NCBI GenBank assembly: GCA_020137815.1 | Contig: CM035350.1 | Location: forward strand, 3,286,001 to 3,350,000 | Direction of reading: 5' to 3' | From: Hormiphora californensis | Taxonomy: Eukaryota > Animalia > Ctenophora | DNA: 64,000 bases | Shown here: piece after piece, positions 1 to 13,200 of the stretch | How positions within the stretch are numbered: position 1 is the stretch's first letter | Layout: each line of letters starts with the position of its first letter | Position numbers and translations under genes: made by a program | Notes under the pieces: model-generated | The model's database searches: none | The model's input: the letters and a program-made list of their open reading frames with translations, nothing else | Told to the model about the DNA's origin: nothing

Positions 1-1020
1 AATCGCGGATAAAAAGTCGCGGATAAAAATCGCGGATAAAAAATCGCGGATAAAAAATCGCGGATAAAAAATTGCGGATAACAAATCGCGGATAACAAAT
101 CGCGGATAAAAAATCGCGGATAAAAAATCGCGGATAAAAAATCGCGGATAACGTTTTTATCTCTTTTTAGGCAACTTGTGGTCATTCTTAGGTGATTTTG
201 ATCGATTCCAGGTCATTTGCTCATTTCTATGTCAATTTGGCCATTTCTGTACCATTTCTGGCCACGTTGGTCAATTCTAGTTCATTTCCAGGTCATTCCT
301 GTTATAGTGCATTGGCTAGACCATTTTCGTGTGGATTTAGATGGTTCTGGGACACTTTGGTCAATTACGAGTAATTTATGTGTATATTTGGATACTTTTA
401 GGACTTAATGTGACCGAAGTGTCCTAGAACCATCTAAATCCACACGAAAATGGTCTAGCACAATGCACTATATACAGGAATGACCTGGAAATGAACTAGA
501 ATTGACCAACGTGGCCAAGAAATGGTACAGAAAGGCCAAATTGACATAGAAATGAGCAAAATGACCTGGAATCGATCAAAATCACCTAAGAATGACACAA
601 GTTGCCTAAAAAGAGATAAAAACGTTATCCGCGATTTTTTATCCACGATTTTTTATCCGCGATTTTTTATCCGCGATTTGTTATCCGCGATTTGTTATCC
701 GCAATTTTTTATCCGCGATTTTTTATCCGCGATTTTTTATCCGCGATTTTTATCCGCGATTTTTTATCCGCGATTTTCTATCCGCGATTTTTTATCCGCA
801 ATTACTTATCCGCGATCCGCAATCCGCGATTACTTATCCGCGATTACTTATCCGCGATCCGCAATCCGCGATCCGCAATCCGCGATCACTTATCCCCGAT
901 CCGCAATCCGTGATTACTTATCCGCGATCCGCGATCCAATCCGGGATTAATTATCCGCGATTTTATCCGCGATCCGGGACATTATCCGCGAATCCGCGAA
1001 TCCCCGTTTATTAATACCAG
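1..1020. mobile_element. Foldback non-autonomous element with subterminal ATCCGCG-containing tandem arrays (left end outside window)
   Basis: About 150-362 is the reverse complement of about 411-625. The (AAAAATCGCGGAT)n array on the left mirrors the (ATCCGCGATTTTT)n array on the right. ORFs here are repeat translations. Confidence 0.75.
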
Positions 1021-3127
1021 CTAAAGAGTTTGTACAAAACAAAGTTAAACAAGAATATTAATTAAATATTAACGTATACCTCAACAAAAATCCGTCGACC
1101 CCCCCCCCCCCTCTGGCCTTAATTGAATATTAATTGCACTAATAGTAGTAGCTATAGTGCCATGTTTCTCTACCTTCACCTGCATGTGATATGACCACTT
1201 TTAATTGGTCAATGAGATTGAGAATACTGAAACCTGAGACAAAGCAGATGAGCTGTTTTATAATTAGCCTCGCTATGTGATCTCACAAGCAAAAAAATCT
1301 TAAAAATCAAATTACACTTACTTCTGAGGTGATCCACTTGCTCTTTGTGCGTCTTTCCATGGCACCTCCACGCCATACCAAGCAAACCTTCAGTTGGAAG
1401 TGGAACTAAATTTATGTTATTTACTTGTTTAGTAATTCGCCATTTATTTATGCTGCGCCATAATTTTAATAAATTCGAAACTGAGGTCGATGAAAGTTGA
1501 ATTTGATCCAATTTATGCCTTAATTAGGCCCTAATTGGTCAATTATTTACCAATAAGGGTGAATCCTTATTGGTAAGTTTAAGTTAAGTTTAAGTTTAAT
1601 CACTATTTATCACAAAGTCAATATAAAAATATTAAAACCTTGTCCCGCTCTTACACCAAACATATTTAATATAAATAGATATAAAAAATAAGCTACAAGG
1701 CTGATGTGAAAGCACCAGCGGTTACCTAAAGCGGGTTAAGCTAGTTCACGATACAATGAGGCAGATAACATCAGCATAAACTGCAAAATTTATTAACTGA
1801 GATACAACGGCTTTTGAAAAAGTGCACAAACAAACCAACACAGCCCGCAGACAAACAAAACGAACAAACAACCAAACAAATAAATAAGCAAACAAACAAA
1901 CAAGTTAACACTAAACAGACAGGCAAACAATAAAGTTAACAAACAAGCATACATACAAACAAACAACAAAAGAACAGTCAATAAATAAATAAAACAAAAG
2001 GTACAAGTGAACATCAAAATAATAACAACAGAACATAATATCAGATGAGACACACGGTTAATAGGTAATAATAGAGTTCAGCATCACGAATAGTTTATTG
2101 TCCATACATGGCATAGTTTTTTATCGGTAAAAACGTTAAAACGGTATGTATGGATCTTCTTTCTTCTTTCGTTTCTCCCTTTAGACTCAGTCAATCTGGA
2201 GCCTCATCTACTCAGACTCTACACAAACTCGTAGGCCAAGATACACTTAAAACAGAAAAAACACACTAAGAACCTAAAATTCTCACTACTCTGGCTTGGA
2301 TGATCCCTCTACTAAGTCTCATGAAGATGTAGGAAGGACAGGGAAAGGGGAAATGAAGCAGGTTAAGGAGGGGAGCAGCAGGTTAGGGAGGAAGCAGCAG
2401 TGCAGGTTAAGGTTGGTATCGAAGACACCTCACACTCTGTTTAGAGGTATCAGAAGGGCTTGCCCTATTTTTATAGCGCGCCCAAAACGTTATACTGAGC
2501 ACTGAAAAGTTGTAGTCTACACTACATAGTTCTAGCTAAGGGGTTTGAGCCGCGCACAGGGCCACACCGAGACCAAATCTCGTTACTTTCCTGATTTCTT
2601 TGACACAAACAAGTATTGCAGAGCGGCCAATAGAGCTGGCGGTTTCAAACTTCGTCCGTATTCGGAGGGATAGATTAGCAGTTCAGTGTTTCAAACCAGG
2701 TTTAATTTGGCAAAGTAGAAGCTGAGTTACAACATGTTTTGTACAAATGGTTCAACTTGAAGACCTTTTAATTTTGATGGCAGACCTTTCAAGATAGAAA
2801 CTTCAAAACTTTGCCACGATCTTTGATATGATGTTAAGCATACCTGACCTACTTTTTCAAAAAATTTTTTCATCATTAACACCTAAAACTGATTTCAAAC
2901 CAAGGTTCCGGGGATAATTTTTTAAATATGAGTACAGAATTATAATTTTCAGACAATTTGGTGGGGAATACCAAAATTGTGTGTCATTTTCATTGAGTGG
3001 TTGAGGAGCTATTAATTTTTGAAGTGAATCAAGCGGGTTTGTTACCCCTACTCAGGCCGCTTCGCGGCCTTCGTTTGGCGTGCTTCGCACGCCGCGCCGG
3101 CAAGGGAGGGGTAACTTCGTTACCAAA

Positions 3128-3527
3128 GGTTAAGGAGGATGTAGCAGGTTAAGGAGGGAGCAGCAGGTTGAGGAGGATGTAGCAGGTTTCAGGAGGGAGC
3201 AGCAGTGCAGGTTAAGGAGGGAGGCAGGCAGGTTAAGGAGGGAGCAGCAGGTTAAGGAGGGAGCAGGAGGTTTCAGGAGGGAGCAGGAGTGCAGGTTAAG
3301 GAGGATGTAGAGGTTAAGGAGGATGTAGCAGGTTAAGGAGGGAGCAGCAGGTTGAGGAGGGAGCAGCAGGTTAGGGAGGGAGCAGCAGGTTAAGGAGGGA
3401 GCAGCAGGTTAGGGAGGAAGCAGCAGTGCAGGTTAAGGAGGGAGCAGCAGTGCAGGTTAAGGAGGGAGCAGCAGGTTAAGGACTCCTTAATAAGGAGGGA
3501 ACAGCAGGTTAGGGAGGGAGCAGCAGG
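3128..3527. repeat. Purine-rich minisatellite, about 19-bp unit AGGTTAAGGAGGGAGCAGC
   Basis: Many degenerate tandem copies; a shorter array is at about 2358-2412. Confidence 0.85.
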
Positions 3528-3654
3528 TAATGTAAATGTAAATGTAAATGTAAATGTCAATGATGAGATCTTGTTCAGGATTAAATAGGGAGGAAAATTA
3601 GAAAAATATCACAAACTCGTAGGCCAAGATACACTTAAAACTACACTTGTTCCG

Positions 3655-4060
3655 ATAAATGTAAATGTAATATAATCATTTATATATACCAATTTATAGT
3701 GTAAAATAATGGAGCACGCACCAACAGCCTACGCTTGACATACTCTCTCACTTTCAAAAGTGGTACAGATACAAAACACGAGCATAACAAAACACGAACA
3801 TACAAACACGAACATAAACACGAACATACAAAACACGAACATACAAAACACGAACATATACCGAAACTTTCAATGAATAGATGATGTTTCAGGTACTTTT
3901 TGAACTCTGCAACAGAGGCTGATTCTCTTAGGAGTCGTGGTAGACTGTTCCATACGACTGGACCAGCTATAGAGATACCACGTTTAGTAACATTGTGTCG
4001 AAGCTTGAGCCTACAGTGTATTTTCTCTTCCAACAGGGTACTATCGTCGTCCGCTCTTAG
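3655..4060 (-). mobile_element. 5'-truncated L2/CR1-group LINE: ORF2 C-terminus, 3' UTR and (CATTTA)n tail
   Basis: The peptide RGISIAGPVVWNSLPRLLRESASVAEFKKYLKHHLF matches the typical L2-clade ORF2 C-terminal motif (R.FS.AGP..WNSLP..LR...S...FK..LKT.LF). A short microsatellite tail follows at about 3657-3670. Confidence 0.8.
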
Positions 4061-4557
4061 TCCAATCTGTTTTCTCTGCCTCATTCCAACCCTCTGGGTA
4101 CCCACCCCCTTATTGGCATGGGGTCCAACCAATAAGGTCATGAACCCCCCCAACGGTTGTCACACACAATTAAGACGCTGCACGTAAAACGGGGGATGGG
4201 AAGTTCAACTTCCGAAGTTGAAAGTGTGCTGTTGTGTGACAACTTCAAAAAATACGACTTTAGAGACTTCATCATTGGAAAGATCTTGCAAATCTTTTCA
4301 AAACAATCGTTATCAGCATCATTTTATCAGGAAGCGGACTACGGAGACGGGAGATCAGAGATGTCACGACTCACGAGAAACGTTGGGGGGAGGACGACAG
4401 TTGAAAAGAAGGACTTTAAAAAATGTTTTTAAAAAGGCGATTTTTTTATTTTTTTTTTAACGGGGGGAAAAGTTTTAATTAATTACACCCAGAGCGGCGC
4501 GGCACCATTTTCGCAGCGTTTTTAAAAACTTCCTCGCCGCGGCGCTCTAAAAAAGTA

Positions 4558-4941
4558 ATAGTGGAAGCTCTTACGGTAATTCCCACGCCCCGTGGGAAAG
4601 TTTTTGACCGTGGGAAAGTTTTCAAAGCGTGGGAAAAGAGAGATACATACAATAAATACAAAAAATAAATTATTTTTTCTTAGTTATTGTATGTATCTCT
4701 CTTTTCCCACGCTTTGAAAACTTTCCCACGGTCGAAAACTTTCCCACGGTGCGTGGGAATTACCGTAAGAGCTTCCACTATAAAGTGTGCAGCACAGATA
4801 GTGGAAGCTCTTACGGTATTCCCACGGCCGTGGGAAAAGAGAGATAGATAGAAATACTAAGAGAGAGAAATTTCTCTCTCTTAGTATTTCTATCTATCTC
4901 TCTTTTCTCACGGTCGTGGGAATACCGTAAGAGCTTCCACT
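4558..4941. mobile_element. Two adjacent palindromic MITEs of one family (TAGTGGAAGCTCTTACGGTA termini)
   Basis: 4558-4780 and 4798-4941 each end in the reverse complement TACCGTAAGAGCTTCCACTA and are almost wholly self-complementary. Confidence 0.8.
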
Positions 4942-5197
4942 AAGAAATAAAAGCTGCATTTTTGCAGAAACAAAATCTCGTAAAAAATGCGCGTTGTGTT
5001 GGCCAGCGTTAAAATCTGGGTGTTTCGTGAGTGCTGACAAACGGTTTTTAGGGTTAGGAGCCACTCTTGTTGTGTCCCTCTCCCATATTCTCCGTGTGCC
5101 AACACAACGCTATAATGGTACACCCGCACAGTCGTGTTCCTCTCATTTTCTATTATTTTTCACCTTTCTTTTTTAAGGTTTCACCTTTCTTTTTTAA

Positions 5198-6548
5198 AGG
5201 GATACTGACATATTCAAAATTTTTTGACTTTTTCAACGATCCTGGGTGTGGTAACTGGTTGGGAGATAAAAATAGGATTAGTCGAAGTGCGAAACTCTCT
5301 ACTCCCTTCGTTCTCAAGATATAGGGCCCCACCTTTTAGCACTTCGTATTGGTTTATGGTAAAGGGGGAGAGTGTATTGCAAATTACATGTAACACGAGT
5401 CGTTTATCTGTCAATATCTCAACTTCACATGCACGATTTTGACCGGATTTTTTCTGGAAGTGAGAAATGTTTTAAATTTTTAGTATTTTCTTATGATGTA
5501 TCAGAATGACCAAAAAATCAGTAAATAAACAAGTAAACATTTCAGTTTGAGGTGAACTGGAGTGCATTGTCAATTAAACCCAATTAGGTCAATTAGAGCA
5601 CTTTGCCGACTCTAAGGACTTGGAAAAGTTTGTCATGTGATTCAGCGTATCAAAATTAGTGTGTAAAGTGCCCTCAATGCGATCTTTCAGCATTCAGTTG
5701 AAAGTGCAATATATGCCAATTAGACGAATTATGCTCAATTAGGACACTTCTTCACCTCTGACGGCTTGGAAAAGTCGCTTACGTGATTCAGCGTATCAAA
5801 ATTAGTGGGGATAGTGCTCTCCACATGAATTGATAATGTTTTCATGCGATAAGTTACAGTTACGATCAATTAGACCCGATTATGCTCAATTAGGGCACTT
5901 TCTCCACCCTGAGCGCTTGCCAAAGTTGTCCACGTGTTCAACGTATCAAAATTAGTCGGTTATAGTGGTTTTGCCTTTTATACCAATTAGTTGGCTAAAT
6001 TTTTCAGTTATACTCTTCAGGATACAATATTCATTTCAGGGCTGAATAGTTAATAACTATTGACTATGTTATTGATATGGGCTAATATTAACAAATTTGT
6101 ATGTAAAATTAGAGGAAGTACAGCCAAGTTGATTGAAATTAGTTACTGAAACCATGATAATATTGTTCAAGAAGGCATACATTTCAAAAAAACAGGTCTT
6201 GCTTAGTTATAGTCTTATCTATTCATGACAAGACTAGAGACAAATGGAAATAAAAAACGGAAACTAGAAGTGATCTTAAAGTTTTTAGAAAAAATCGCGT
6301 CAAATCGCATGTGTATTAGCTGAGATAAGACATATAAACAGGCTCGTGTTTACCTGTAATCTGTAATACGGTCTCCTTCTCTTACCATAAACCAATTAGG
6401 AGGTGCTAATATTCGGGTCCCTTATCTTGAGAAGTAGAGGGAGTAGAGAGCTCGGATTCGACACAATGTATTTATTCTTTCAGATGATTTGATTGAGCAA
6501 TGTTTTACTAAAATTTGAGATGGTCGATTTGAATATGTCAGTATCCCT
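5198..6548. mobile_element. Non-autonomous DNA transposon, Kolobok-like (TTAA TSD, purine-purine terminus)
   Basis: TIR AGGGATACTGACATATTCAAA / TTTGAATATGTCAGTATCCCT, flanked by TTAA at 5194-5197 and 6549-6552. Imperfect subterminal IRs and three internal CGTATCAAAATTAGT repeats; no transposase ORF. Confidence 0.8.
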
Positions 6549-6553
6549 TTAAG

Positions 6554-6595
6554 GTTTCAAACTTTTCAACACTACTTTAAACAAATTAATTTGAG
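6554..6595 (+). other. Genomic copy of a ctenophore-type spliced-leader exon fused to a downstream 5' UTR
   Basis: GTTTCAAACTTTTCAACACTACTTTAAACAAATTAATTTGAG matches the Pleurobrachia-type SL as I recall it (not searched). It is followed by GCGGC, not by a GT donor and SL-RNA intron, and an ATG lies 33 nt downstream. Confidence 0.7.
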
Positions 6596-6628
6596 GCGGC
6601 ACCCTCCCTCAAATTTCCCGTGTAGACA

Positions 6629-7699
6629 ATGTCAAACACCAAAGTGGAGGGCATCGATAGCCCAAAAGATACTGAAACCAAGCCGGCGCCGAAAACATCC
6701 GATAAGCCGAAGGACCCGATAGTCAAGAGAGAAATGGAGGATCGAGCAGCAGCTGTAATCGTCAAACTGGTATCGTTGTCTGCCGAAACACACCCGCTCG
6801 CTCAAAAAATGCTCCTAGCCTATAAATTTGGTGCGAGTATAACAACCAATATCAGTAACCTGGGTAAACCCTCCCGTCCGGAAGCTTTGGAGGCCGCGGC
6901 TTTCCTCGGTATAATACAGGAGGCCGATCGCGATCCCTCTAGCTCGGGTGGTAAGAGACCGGCCAAAAATCGGCAAACCTTAAGCCACCGGATCATCAAG
7001 AAGATAGAAAGCCTGTTCCCGGCTCGGTGTACTGACTGCTCCGCCTTATACCAACCCGATTTTGAAGAGACACATATTCACATGCTGGTCATGTTAACCG
7101 ACACTCCCATGACTGTGAAGTTATCAGCGAGCGCGTGAGAGGCCATCGCAAAATTGGAAAGAGTGAGGAATAATGGTTTCAAATGGCTTTGCTTGGAATG
7201 TTCAGAAAAAACAAGTCTTTCACTCAGAAAGTCACTGACCCTGTACGAAATAGGACCCAACCCCCCAGAAGATCATGAAAATGATAAGAATGGTCCAGCT
7301 GGAGAATATTCACAATCCGACACCATTGACCTGTCCCAGATTGATGCCTCTCAACAAGTTAAAGATGAGGAATCAAAACAAGTGGAGAAAAAAGAGCAAC
7401 CCCCCTTTGAAAGGATCTCCAAGCCATGTAGCTTCTTCCGCAAAGGAAATTGTCGACACGGTCCAGACGGCACCAAGGAAGTGGACGGACAGACCTGTCG
7501 ATACGTACACAAAGCTCCTGTCATCCCCCCTACCCAACCACCAGCCGGAGTCACGGACCCAGTTGGCGAAACTGATTGCCAGGTTTTTGTTGAATATGGA
7601 AGATGTGAGCATGGAATAAATGGAAAAATCAGAAGAGGAACGGTCTGGCCAGGAATACATCCCAGAAGTATGCAGCACAAACATGGTTTATTAACATAA
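6629..7699 (+). mobile_element. Frameshifted, 3'-truncated LINE ORF1-like protein (PHD-like and CCCH zinc fingers)
   Basis: ORFs 6629-7138 and 7154-7699 join across frameshifts. Motifs CTDC...FKWLCLEC (PHD-like), CSFFRKGNCRHG...CRYVH and CQVFVEYGRCEHG (CCCH-like) are typical of CR1/L2-group ORF1. No ORF2 follows. Confidence 0.65.
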
Positions 7700-7817
7700 A
7701 ATATATATCCCAACGGCCAACACCCCACACAGCACACTACCCCAACACCCCACCCCCCCCCCCCCAACACAGCACACTACCCTCAATCCCTACACTAGGC
7801 CCCCACATGTCACATAC

Positions 7818-8813
7818 CCATGCTGATGTAGGTGTAGATGATCCACTGTGCGGAGTCAACGGCAGGCTTCTCTTTACACCGCGTTATTGAGTGGATATGA
7901 GATGCTTTATTTGCCAGGGAAAACAGCAGTGCACACTTCTGAGAATATTTACATGTGTGGGGTAAGTCATAGTTAATTTGACTTCTATACCTACAAGATG
8001 TGAGGTGAATCTAAACCGAAACTCGAGTTTAGGATTCACTTCGCATCCTGTTGCCTTGCTGGATCCTCTTTCCGTGCACACCGGTTGAGTCGCTTGACAC
8101 TCTCCGTGCTCCGGAGAGAATAAGAAGAAAGTATGAACAATTCAACGCTCCGGAGGGTTAGAACATAACAAGCATTTAACAAGCATCCTGCATAGAAGTC
8201 AACATTTTCAGTCATCACTCTCTTACCATTAATGTTGTTAGAGTGTCTATACTGGGAGATTCTGAATTCAGTAGGAAGAGACACCCAGCCACTGCACCCA
8301 CCAAACCTAGCTTTGTTAGAGTCCTGTTACTCCTATCTAGCCATAGCAACAGGAAAACGATAGCGTAACCTAGGTGGGGGAGGTTAAGATAGCATACTAC
8401 CAAGGTGTGTTTCTTGTTTGATAAAATATATTACAGCACTCACGTGAATATTTAGAGGGGAGATTGTATAATTTGAGGTGGGTAGTAGCGATAAGTCCCA
8501 AAAAGGGAGTACCTTGTATAACGTATATGACAGAGGGACTGTAAGAGAGAAAGTCGTATCCCTGTCGATAGTTGTACAATATCTTGATCGTTAACCTGTA
8601 AACAATAATCTGTCTCAACACAGCACACACCCATTCCCTAGATGCTGCAGAAATATGTTTGATTTGTCAAACTTACGAGCAAAGATCAAATAGGTATGCG
8701 TTGAAGCTCAGCCCAGCAACTGACCATCCCTTGACGATTCTCAAGATTTGTGGGATCTGAGCGACGAGAGCCAGAACCATGCATGAGGCACGGAACAGCT
8801 CTGCAACCTCCAT
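7818..8813 (-). CDS. PQ-loop repeat membrane protein, SLC66A3/PQLC3- or MPDU1-like (partial; last exon not located)
   Basis: Exons 8813-8677, 8595-8513, 8369-8227 and 7938-7818 are GT-AG bounded with matching phases. They give MEVAELFRASCMVLALVAQIPQILRIVKGWSVAGLSFNAYLFDLCSLTIKILYNYRQGYDFLSY...KCALLFSLANKASHIHSITRCKEKPAVDSAQWIIYTYISM, with a PQ motif followed by S.AGLS. Confidence 0.75.
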
Positions 8814-9627
8814 CACTGAAGGTAAGGGGTCCTGCTATAAGAAGGAGTTTGGTTGTTAGGGGTAACATTGTGTTACAACCGCGTGATAAACAAACAAACA
8901 AACACACTGCACAATTTCACTTCTGCATCAGAGTTCCGTGCTCCTTCATCAATATTTCCATTTGACGTGTCTGGGTGCGTTGCTGAAGGGCGCGACGACA
9001 CACAACAGACTGAACACGAGGAGCGCGCGAGTGCCGCGCACAGAAAGCTCACACTTCGTTTCACCCCAGGACGGCTGCTGCAGTGGTTGTGGGAGCCAAT
9101 TAAGTGAGACGAGGGCTAATTACGTGAATAGGATGGGTCAATTAACTGCTTGTTGGATTACCAAGAAGGAACAACATAATAGTAAGTCAGGGTACAAAAA
9201 ACACTCGGCCTAATGGTCAATATCTGACGTGAAACGTTGCCTAGTTTAAATAAAATTTAAAAATCTGTTTTCAGTAAACACGGCTGGTGTGGCAATGATA
9301 GAACAGTTAACCAAAACATGGCATAAGAACAAATGTAATGCCGGGTAGCTGATGAGGTGTAACACTACACAACCCTATCATGAGGCCCTGAAATTCAATA
9401 CTGCAGCACGTCACGAATAACCCACATACTGCACAGCTTTCACCCCACAAAACTCATAATTTTATAAATTCAATGAAAACTACTTAAAACAATACAATCT
9501 GCAATCTAGAAAAACATCACAAATATAAACAAAGACACTACCCACACGGCAGACAAAGAAGTGTGCGTAAGTAAGAGGGGACAGAAAGAAAGGAAGAAAG
9601 AAAGAGAGAGGGGGATAGAGAAAGAAG

Positions 9628-10085
<458 letters not shown>

Positions 10086-10256
10086 TTCACAGGAAGTTTT
10101 GACTGTTTCGACACCTTACCTAACCTTACAGCGAACATCGAATATTAAATGCATTATGCGGGGGATAATAAATCTAATATTCTCTAGACTGTCACAGCTG
10201 CAAGTATCAAAACTATTCATAATTTCCCCCTCCTGAACTGTCCGCCCCTGCATTTC

Positions 10257-13200
10257 TCACTGGGAGGCTGTTTCAGCATCTCGTTGGGAAAACCTCACCC
10301 GTTTAGGCCCCACCACGCTCACTGGTCCAATGTTTTTGGGTACAAATCTTCGAACCACGGCGTTCTCGTGGCCTAACTTGAAGCCCCAATTTGACTCTTT
10401 AACCATTCCATCTGAGGGGGCAGAGAGAATGAGTAATATCAGACCTATTATACTAGCAGTATGTAGTACATTATCTGTATATTGATACCCCAGGTACCTG
10501 CATGGCTAGGTAACAACAACATACCTTCCCAGGTACCACAAAAAGCTGCCAATTCACCTATCTAACACTGAGCTGTGACTGATGTATTCTGTGAGACTAC
10601 ATTTCACCTACCTAACACTGTGACTGATGTATTCTGTGAGACTACATTTCACCTACCTAACACGGTGACTGATGTATTCTGTGAGACTACAATGGCAGGA
10701 AGTCCATTGTACGCTATGACGTCACCCGGCTGAGGGTACACCACCACATTCCAACCAGGTATGCTGGTAGCTCTATCACTCCAGTCCCCCGTGTTTTCTG
10801 GTAGTATCTATCAGGGAGAGAGAGGAGTTAGTTTGGTTACTGTACTCCATTGATACCATCACACTCAGTGGCAGGTGAGTAGAACTTCGCTCCTAATAAA
10901 AGGCTGCAATAAAAGGCTGCAGAAAAAGGCTGCAATAAAAGGCTGCAATAAAAGGCTGCAATAAAAGGCTGCAATAAAAGGCTGCAGAAAAAGGCTGCAA
11001 TAAAAGGCTGCAATAAAAGGCTGCAAGGGATCACGTATCTAACCAGACTAAAGCGGGGAATAGACCGAATCGTCCTACCCTAATAGTGTTTCGTATCACG
11101 TATCGGCTGTAGAGAGACCGAATCACCCTCCCCTAATTATAGTGATTCGTGTCACGTATCCAACTAGACCATAGGCGATAGAGAGACCGAGATAGAGAGC
11201 GAGTACGAGTGAGAACTGAGAGAGTGAAAAATCAGAATCACGGTATGGTATCACGTACCATGGTATCCTCTAATGAAAAGCGGTTACCAATTGACAATGA
11301 GACCTCATCGGTCCCGATACGTGATTCTCTACCGCTATGTATTCTCCATTAGTCTTTCCGTATCGATCAACGATTCAGTAGAGGTAGTCAGTAACTACTG
11401 AGAGTGTTGGTTAATTAAATGAAAGGTGGTTACCTATAATTTCACCTAATCGGTGCCAATACGTGATTACTGATTTTCTACCGATATTCGCCAATAGTCT
11501 TTATGTACACAATTCAGTAGAGCGGAATCACACATAATACTATGATAGGTGAACCAAGTGGTTGGGTGGTTCACCTGTCATTGTGCTACACGCTCAATCA
11601 ATGGATCTATCGTACCGGTAGGTAGCTACCTCATTAGACCAACACTCTCAGTAGTTACTGACTACCTCTACTGAATCGTGGATCGATACGGAAAGACTAA
11701 TGGAGAATACATAGCGGTAGAGAATCACGTATCGGGACCGATGAGGTCTCATTGTCAATTGGTAACCGCCTTTCATTAGAGGATACCATGGTACGTGATA
11801 CCATACCGTGATTCTGATTTTTCACTCTCTCAGTTCTCATTCGTACTCGCTCTCTATCTCGGTCTCTATCGCATATGGTCTAGTTGGATACGTGACACGA
11901 ATCACTATAATTAGGGGATGGTGATTCGGTCTCTCTACAGCCGATACGTGATACGAAACACTATTAGGGTAGGACGATTCGGTCTATCCCCCGCTTTAGT
12001 CTGGTTGGATACGTGATCCCTTGCAGCCTTTTATTGCAGCCTTTTATTGCAGCCTTTTATTGCAGCCTTTTATTGCAGCCTTTTATTGCAGCCTTTTATT
12101 GCAGCCTTTTATTGCAGCCTTTTATTGCAGCCTTTTATTGCAGCCTTTTTCTGCAGCCTTTTATTGCAGCCTTTTATTAGGAGCGAAGTTCTACTCACCT
12201 GCCAGAGGGGTTTAGCAGCTTTAGTCAAGGGAAACATAGGGGAATGTGACATGCGGTGTACAAATATTGAACAATGATGGGTTTGTGCCGGTTTTGTTGT
12301 CGGTAAGGTAATAAACAAAGCTCTTCTTGATCTATTGAACCCTCACGAGGGCGGTGTGAGCCATACAAAGCCCTAATCCCCGACACACCACCTAGTATAA
12401 TACAGCTATAACCAAATAGCTGCAGCTGCACTCATGAGTTGACCGATCTGCACTGTATTTATGGGAGATTGAGTGAGCACACCCACACAAAGCTGGCTAG
12501 CAAAGGAACAACAATATAAAGGCCTCTAATCACTGAGCTGTATGTGTTTGTAATCCTTGTTTAGGGAGAAGCTGCTGTTTGCTTTTAAAATAATGTGGCC
12601 TAATCAGTGGCCTATTTTCATCCAGAGTCAGGACGAGATTGCTTTCTGATCGTCTCGAGGCATTACAAAGTTTTCATAAAATTTCTGCTTTCCCCTTGAT
12701 CATCCAGGCTAAAATATACTCACATCATTGATGATTCTCCTTGGAACGTACGCACCGGCACTGAGACACACCTCTCCTACAAATGTATTGTGTTTAGCCT
12801 CCCCTGCACCTGGACCCTTCTTGATATCGGCAGAAAAGTCCTTGGACCCGACCTGCAGGGAGAATATCGGTTGAGAAGTCCTTGGACCCGACCTGCAGGG
12901 AGAATATCGGTTGAAAATCCGGTTAGATTCCCCTGTTTGATTTATTTTAGGGAGCTGTTTTGTTAAACTGCCTGGGTTAACTAGAGCTGTAATTGGCATA
13001 GGCTGTGGTGTAAAAAAGGTCAACTAAATTGAATATTGTATAGGGAGCTGTTTTGTTAAACTGCTTGGGTCAACTAGAGCTGTAATTGGCATAGGCAGTG
13101 GTGTAAAAAAGGTCATCTAAATTGAATGTATAGGGAGCTGTTTTGTTAAACTAGAGCTGTGAGTCGTCTCCCCCATGATATATGAGAGAGACTGACAGTG

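Noticed and set aside
522-950. 142-aa ORF with repeated FYPRFFIRDFLSAI
   Set aside because: Translation of the subterminal tandem array of a foldback element.
1175-1390. Two possible minus-strand exons with plausible splice sites
   Set aside because: No frame gave a recognisable protein or the missing PQ-loop C-terminal helix.
6554-6700. Possible SL RNA gene
   Set aside because: The SL-like exon is not followed by a GT donor or an evident Sm site; it runs into a UTR and ORF instead.
12347-12852. VVCRGLG resembling an SRCR domain motif
   Set aside because: The flanking exons fit the NlpC/P60-like motif order and lack the SRCR Trp/Cys pattern.
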